A DNA stretch of 64,000 nt from Bugula neritina (Eukaryota > Animalia > Bryozoa): positions 20,662,628-20,726,627 of the forward strand of contig OZ037767.1 of NCBI GenBank assembly GCA_964035545.1, given 5' to 3'. Within the stretch, counting starts at the first letter, position 1, and the number at the start of each line of letters is the position of its first letter. A program made the position numbers and the translations under genes. Below, in pieces: positions 61,201 to 64,000 of the stretch. The notes under the pieces are model-generated. The model was given only the letters and a program-made list of their open reading frames with translations, had not been told where the DNA came from and made no database searches.

Positions 61201-62876
61201 TATGCCTTTAGGGTAGACAGCCACAGAAAATGAAAGTGAGATAAAGTTTGATTTTGTAAGCAAATGGTATAACTAAATACAAGTAGACAAGCAGACATAC
61301 TAAATCAAATAAATGGCTAAAGCTAAGCAAATGAAAGCACAACTTTGATTACTAGGACATGGAGAGAAAAGAAAAACCTTATTACCTTCAAAAATTGTAT
61401 ATCAGCATAAATATGAATGCCATGATCATGATTATAAAATATATATATTAGAAATACAATATTGCTAATCAATATCAATACTTAAAAAACTAACTTACTT
61501 GCTAAATGGAACTAGAGAATATAATAATTTAAAACTAAACTAATCTAAAAGATATAAATAGCAAATTAGGTAACCGTAATTATAATATCACAATTATGAA
61601 AAAATGTCACTGGAACTAAAAATGAATGTTTTAGGTTAACTTAATATCAATATTAGTGTAATTATTATTAATATACTAAGTTTCTCTTTTGCAGTTTGGT
61701 GATTATTACACAAAGGTCAAGGGTTATCCTATATCATGAATGAGTGAAGCTAAATGATTACTATGATGCTAGTACTAAACAGTGAATTAGCAGCTTCAGT
61801 TAAAACATTGAGAACCAGCTTACGATTACATTTATAACTTATAAATATAAGAGTCAGAGCAAGATTAACTCTGTCTCTAAGACTAAGGGCGACACTAACA
61901 GTGTGAGTGTCATTTAGGCTCAGGAATGTAAAATGAGAAATTAAAATGCAATCATTATAACTATTTATAATCATATTGCATTTAATAATTACAATTACCA
62001 GTATCATTATGATTATTACAATGAATAAATTATAATTATTATAAGAATATCATTTTAATTTTTAAATTTATTAGCATAAATATATTTAATATATAATAAT
62101 ATTATAATTATGATATCGTAATCATCATTATCAATTAATCATTATGATTATCAGTAACTATAAGTAACTACTGATAGTGATTATAATTAACTCATTATCA
62201 TAATGAGTATGACTTAATCATTATGATAATGATTATATAAATTGATGATATGATATAATAATATATATAAATACATTTATGATCCTAATAGTAATAATTA
62301 TGATAATAAATATAAATTTAATAACAATATTATAATATCATCATCATTATTATAATCATGATAATAAAATTAAATATAAGTAAAACAATTTGAATTTAAA
62401 TTATTAATTATTATAATAATTATTTAAATTATTATTAATAATAATTATATTTATTTTAAATTATAATAATGATAAATTATAATAATAATGCTCATGCTTA
62501 TCTTTAGAATTAGAATTAGTATTCCTATTACTATTAGCCTTTATACTTTAACTTCAAGTTTAACTTTATCGAGTAAGTAAGTTCGAGTAAGTTCAACTGA
62601 AAAGACTGAAGTTCAAGTTGAACTTGATCTTCAATAGGCCTATGAGTATCAGTATGAGTATGATTTATGAATAAATATAATAATAATTAATGAATAACCA
62701 ATATCAATATGAATGCTACTACAATCAACGTAACAAAAATTAGTGGCATATTAATTATCAAACTTAAAAATAGAAAACCATCCCTGTCTACGTTTCTATT
62801 ATACAAACGCTCTTCATTTACCTGAATTTACAGTCACCTGACTCTGATCAGTACATTTTTCTTCCAAATCAGCCAT
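28025..62876 (-). CDS. MAP7: MAP7/ensconsin family microtubule-associated protein and kinesin-1 activator, ~1235-1320 aa depending on exon use
   Basis: Phase-consistent GT-AG exon chain: 62876-62822, 57101-56904, 55819-55688, 54053-53946, 48525-48401, 43165-42937, 41393-41322, 40791-40585, 39645-39406, 38689-38561, 38429-38403, 36947-36823, 36569-36432, 36182-36123, 35745-35466, 35092-34800, 34577-34368, 34237-34052, 33715-33445, 32995-32575, 31600-31411, then a terminal exon. N-terminal charged coiled coil (RKKRLEDLKLKDGERQRAAEERRKR), FGFGSSAPR motif, and C-terminal MAP7 domain (YKAKLAEKRREAREKAERE...ERKKKLEMIMKRVK). Confidence 0.92.
28693..28913. repeat. 17-bp minisatellite (AGTGTAGATKTAGAAAG)n, ~13 copies
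   Basis: Tandem periodicity. Confidence 0.95.
29688..29795 (-). CDS. MAP7: Candidate alternative terminal exon of MAP7 (35 aa, PAMRLLDF...CNISS*)
   Basis: Branch-like ctaac then cattcag acceptor. Open in phase 0. Confidence 0.4.
   Translation of the reverse strand, partial: PAMRLLDFTPSVSGNSADSNSARLYIPIESCNISS
30436..30699 (-). CDS. MAP7: Candidate alternative terminal exon of MAP7 encoding a transmembrane helix plus a ~60-aa tail (87 aa)
   Basis: Acceptor ccactcccacag ends at 30700. The phase-0 frame is open for 264 nt: PLLAPVNIVVVILIIAFVYLWFLGFTYK...TEMQL*. Confidence 0.5.
   Translation of the reverse strand, partial: PLLAPVNIVVVILIIAFVYLWFLGFTYKLDTVHSYLTELFTVNKTQTITTAGKKQFFEESSLKKLIQSCGVHFIDFNYESVTTEMQL
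30820..30831 (-). CDS. MAP7: Candidate proximal terminal exon of MAP7 adding only LLS*
   Basis: Strong acceptor ctcaatttctcccctacag|CTC CTA AGT TAG. Confidence 0.5.
   Translation of the reverse strand, partial: LLS
31951..32420. repeat. 20-bp minisatellite (TATCTACAGTTAGTATAGAG)n, 23 copies
   Basis: Near-perfect tandem array. The sense (-) strand unit contains TACTAAC. Confidence 0.98.
32996..33160. repeat. 28-bp tandem repeat, 6 copies, ending at a MAP7 3' splice site
   Basis: ctacagtataatgagaacacaactctga units start at 32996, 33024, 33052, 33080, 33108 and 33136. Confidence 0.95.
36575..36782. repeat. Imperfect (ACAG/AG/AC) microsatellite; TG/TC-rich on the MAP7 sense strand
   Basis: acagacagagtgagagg...acagacagacagat. 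Confidence 0.8.
39744..40286. repeat. 27 perfect copies of a 20-bp unit (AAGCGTACCACAACAGTGGT) with an internal hairpin
   Basis: Identical units. TACCAC and GTGGTA are reverse complements. Confidence 0.99.
41949..42276. repeat. 19/20-bp minisatellite (TACAGAGTAGAAGTACTAA / ...TACTCAG)n
   Basis: Tandem periodicity with interspersed length variants. Confidence 0.95.
45196..46458 (-). CDS. MAP7: Large alternative first coding exon of MAP7 (421 aa, Ser/Thr/Pro-rich)
   Basis: 446-aa ORF inside the 48400-43166 intron, with an in-frame TGA just upstream of its ATG. Donor CTG|gtaaag at 45196 is phase 0, matching the phase-0 acceptor of exon 43165. Confidence 0.75.
48766..49472. repeat. 16-bp minisatellite (CACTACCTACACAGTR)n, ~44 copies
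   Basis: Tandem periodicity. gtacac variants occur mainly at the ends and gtgcac in a central block. Confidence 0.98.
51585..51963. repeat. 21-bp minisatellite (ATTTCATATTACCTACTGTAT)n, ~18 copies
   Basis: Tandem periodicity. Explains ORFs 51412-52062 and 51575-51979. Confidence 0.96.
52785..52971. repeat. 11-bp minisatellite (CTACAGCYYAC)n, ~17 copies; sense strand reads (GTRRGCTGTAG)n
   Basis: ctacagcctac/ctacagcttac/ctacagctcac units. Confidence 0.95.
54739..54746. promoter_or_regulatory. Full palindromic CRE (TGACGTCA) in MAP7 intron 3
   Basis: Exact 8-mer in CpG-poor DNA. Function unverified. Confidence 0.25.
54933..55435. repeat. 20-bp minisatellite (CACTACACCAACACTGTATA)n, ~25 copies
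   Basis: Tandem periodicity. Confidence 0.97.
55587..55686. repeat. Degenerate 12-bp repeat (CTCTACTATACA)n directly after a MAP7 donor site
   Basis: Units translate as ESIV/ECIV/EYIV. Confidence 0.8.
56255..56428. repeat. ~38-40-bp tandem repeat, ~4.5 copies
   Basis: agagtgatgactgagttaatagttactactgtaatagt units. Confidence 0.9.
56732..56940. repeat. 43-bp tandem repeat, 5 copies, spanning the MAP7 exon-2 5' splice site
   Basis: Units start at 56732, 56775, 56818, 56861 and 56904. Confidence 0.95.
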
Positions 62877-62891
62877 CGTATGAAAACAATC

Positions 62892-62899
62892 TGACGTCA
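62892..62899. promoter_or_regulatory. Full palindromic CRE (TGACGTCA) just upstream of the MAP7 start codon
   Basis: Exact 8-mer ~15 nt 5' of the ATG at 62876 (-). Confidence 0.4.
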
Positions 62900-63124
62900 C
62901 AGCTCTTATTAACTGGAGGTAGTTTAACGAGTTCAATAGTCATTTTCGCTTTAGTACAGCATATAATATTTATTAGCATGATTATTCATAACCATTGTGA
63001 TAGTCATAGTGTTAGTCGGTTACTTCATACATACCAAACCCAATAAACAGAGATGGAGCTGGGAAATGTTGTGTTGCGAAGAAGCTCAATAAATTCGCTT
63101 TTTAAAGGTTTGTTCTTCACTTAT

Positions 63125-63800
63125 TTAACTAAATGCAACTACATTAACTTCAAGTTTAAGAGTATCATACTGATACTGATACTCACAGTCACTTACACTT
63201 AGCTTACAGTTACTGTTAGTGTTACACTTGCCCTTGGTCTTACAGTTTGAGTTACCCTTACAGTTTGAGTTACTGTTAGAGTTAGTGTCAGTGTTAATGT
63301 TACTGATACTGATAGTAATACTCATACTGATTGTGATACTCATGCTCATAATCATGGTGATGCTCATACTGATAGAGTGATACTCATACTGATAGTCTAA
63401 GCCATACTGATACTCAATAATTTTAAAACTATTACTGTTAGTGTTAGTGATACTGATACTGATAGTGATACACCGATAGTGATAATCATAATGATACTGA
63501 TAGTGATACCGATACTGAGTATCAGTATGATATTGATTATGATATTCATAATCATAATGATTGTGATAATATTTTGATGATCATTATGATTATCATAAAG
63601 TGATTGTCATTATGATTATGATTATCATAACCCTGGACCATAGTCATAGTCATAGTGATACTCATACTGGTACTTTAACTTACAGTTAGTGTTACATTTT
63701 TTATTTATTTTCATGATGATGATCATGATGGTTGCTCTAAGACTTACAGTTACTAAGAGTCTATCACTATCAGAGTATCATAATTAGCCTACTATTACTA
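63125..63800. repeat. Degenerate hexamer-periodic array upstream of MAP7 exon 1
   Basis: gatactgatagt/catact/cttacagttact units. Same family as 6563-6690 in reverse orientation. Confidence 0.8.
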
Positions 63801-64000
63801 TTACTATTAGTACTACAATTATAATTATGATATAAATATTTTATAGAAAATTGAATATTATTAATCGTTATACTTAGAAGCTATAACTATACCATTACTA
63901 TTAGTATTAGTATTACTAGTACTTATACTAATACTAATAGTAATAGTTATAGTTAATGTTATACTTATACTAATATTAATATTATTAGCAACACTAACTG

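Overview
AT-rich, intron-rich invertebrate (animal) nuclear DNA; no prokaryotic, CRISPR or rRNA content. By hand-splicing GT-AG boundaries with frame checks I can support these genes: (1) a probable terminal exon of an upstream gene (~1088-1322, +); (2) a 5-exon gene for a 146-aa secreted single-ShKT-domain protein (2325-4456, +); (3) WTAP/fl(2)d (7814-11224, +), tail-to-tail with (4) TTI1 (21739-~11623, -); (5) an orphan 2-exon, 94-aa secreted prepropeptide-like gene (24919-25359, +); (6) a ~35-kb MAP7/ensconsin gene (62876-28025, -). The MAP7 gene appears heavily alternatively spliced. It has a 421-aa alternative first exon carrying SxIP- and GILK-type motifs, several frame-neutral cassette exons, and several candidate last exons, one encoding a transmembrane helix. 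The most striking non-coding pattern is that many introns hold a different minisatellite whose sense strand is built from splice signals: tandem 3' splice sites, tandem donors, 22 perfect TACTAAC branch points and AG|GT recursive-site concatemers. There is also a 400-bp foldback element, and degenerate 6-bp periodic arrays cluster near the 5' ends of the three housekeeping genes. Gene names come from recalled family sequences. No database search was run.
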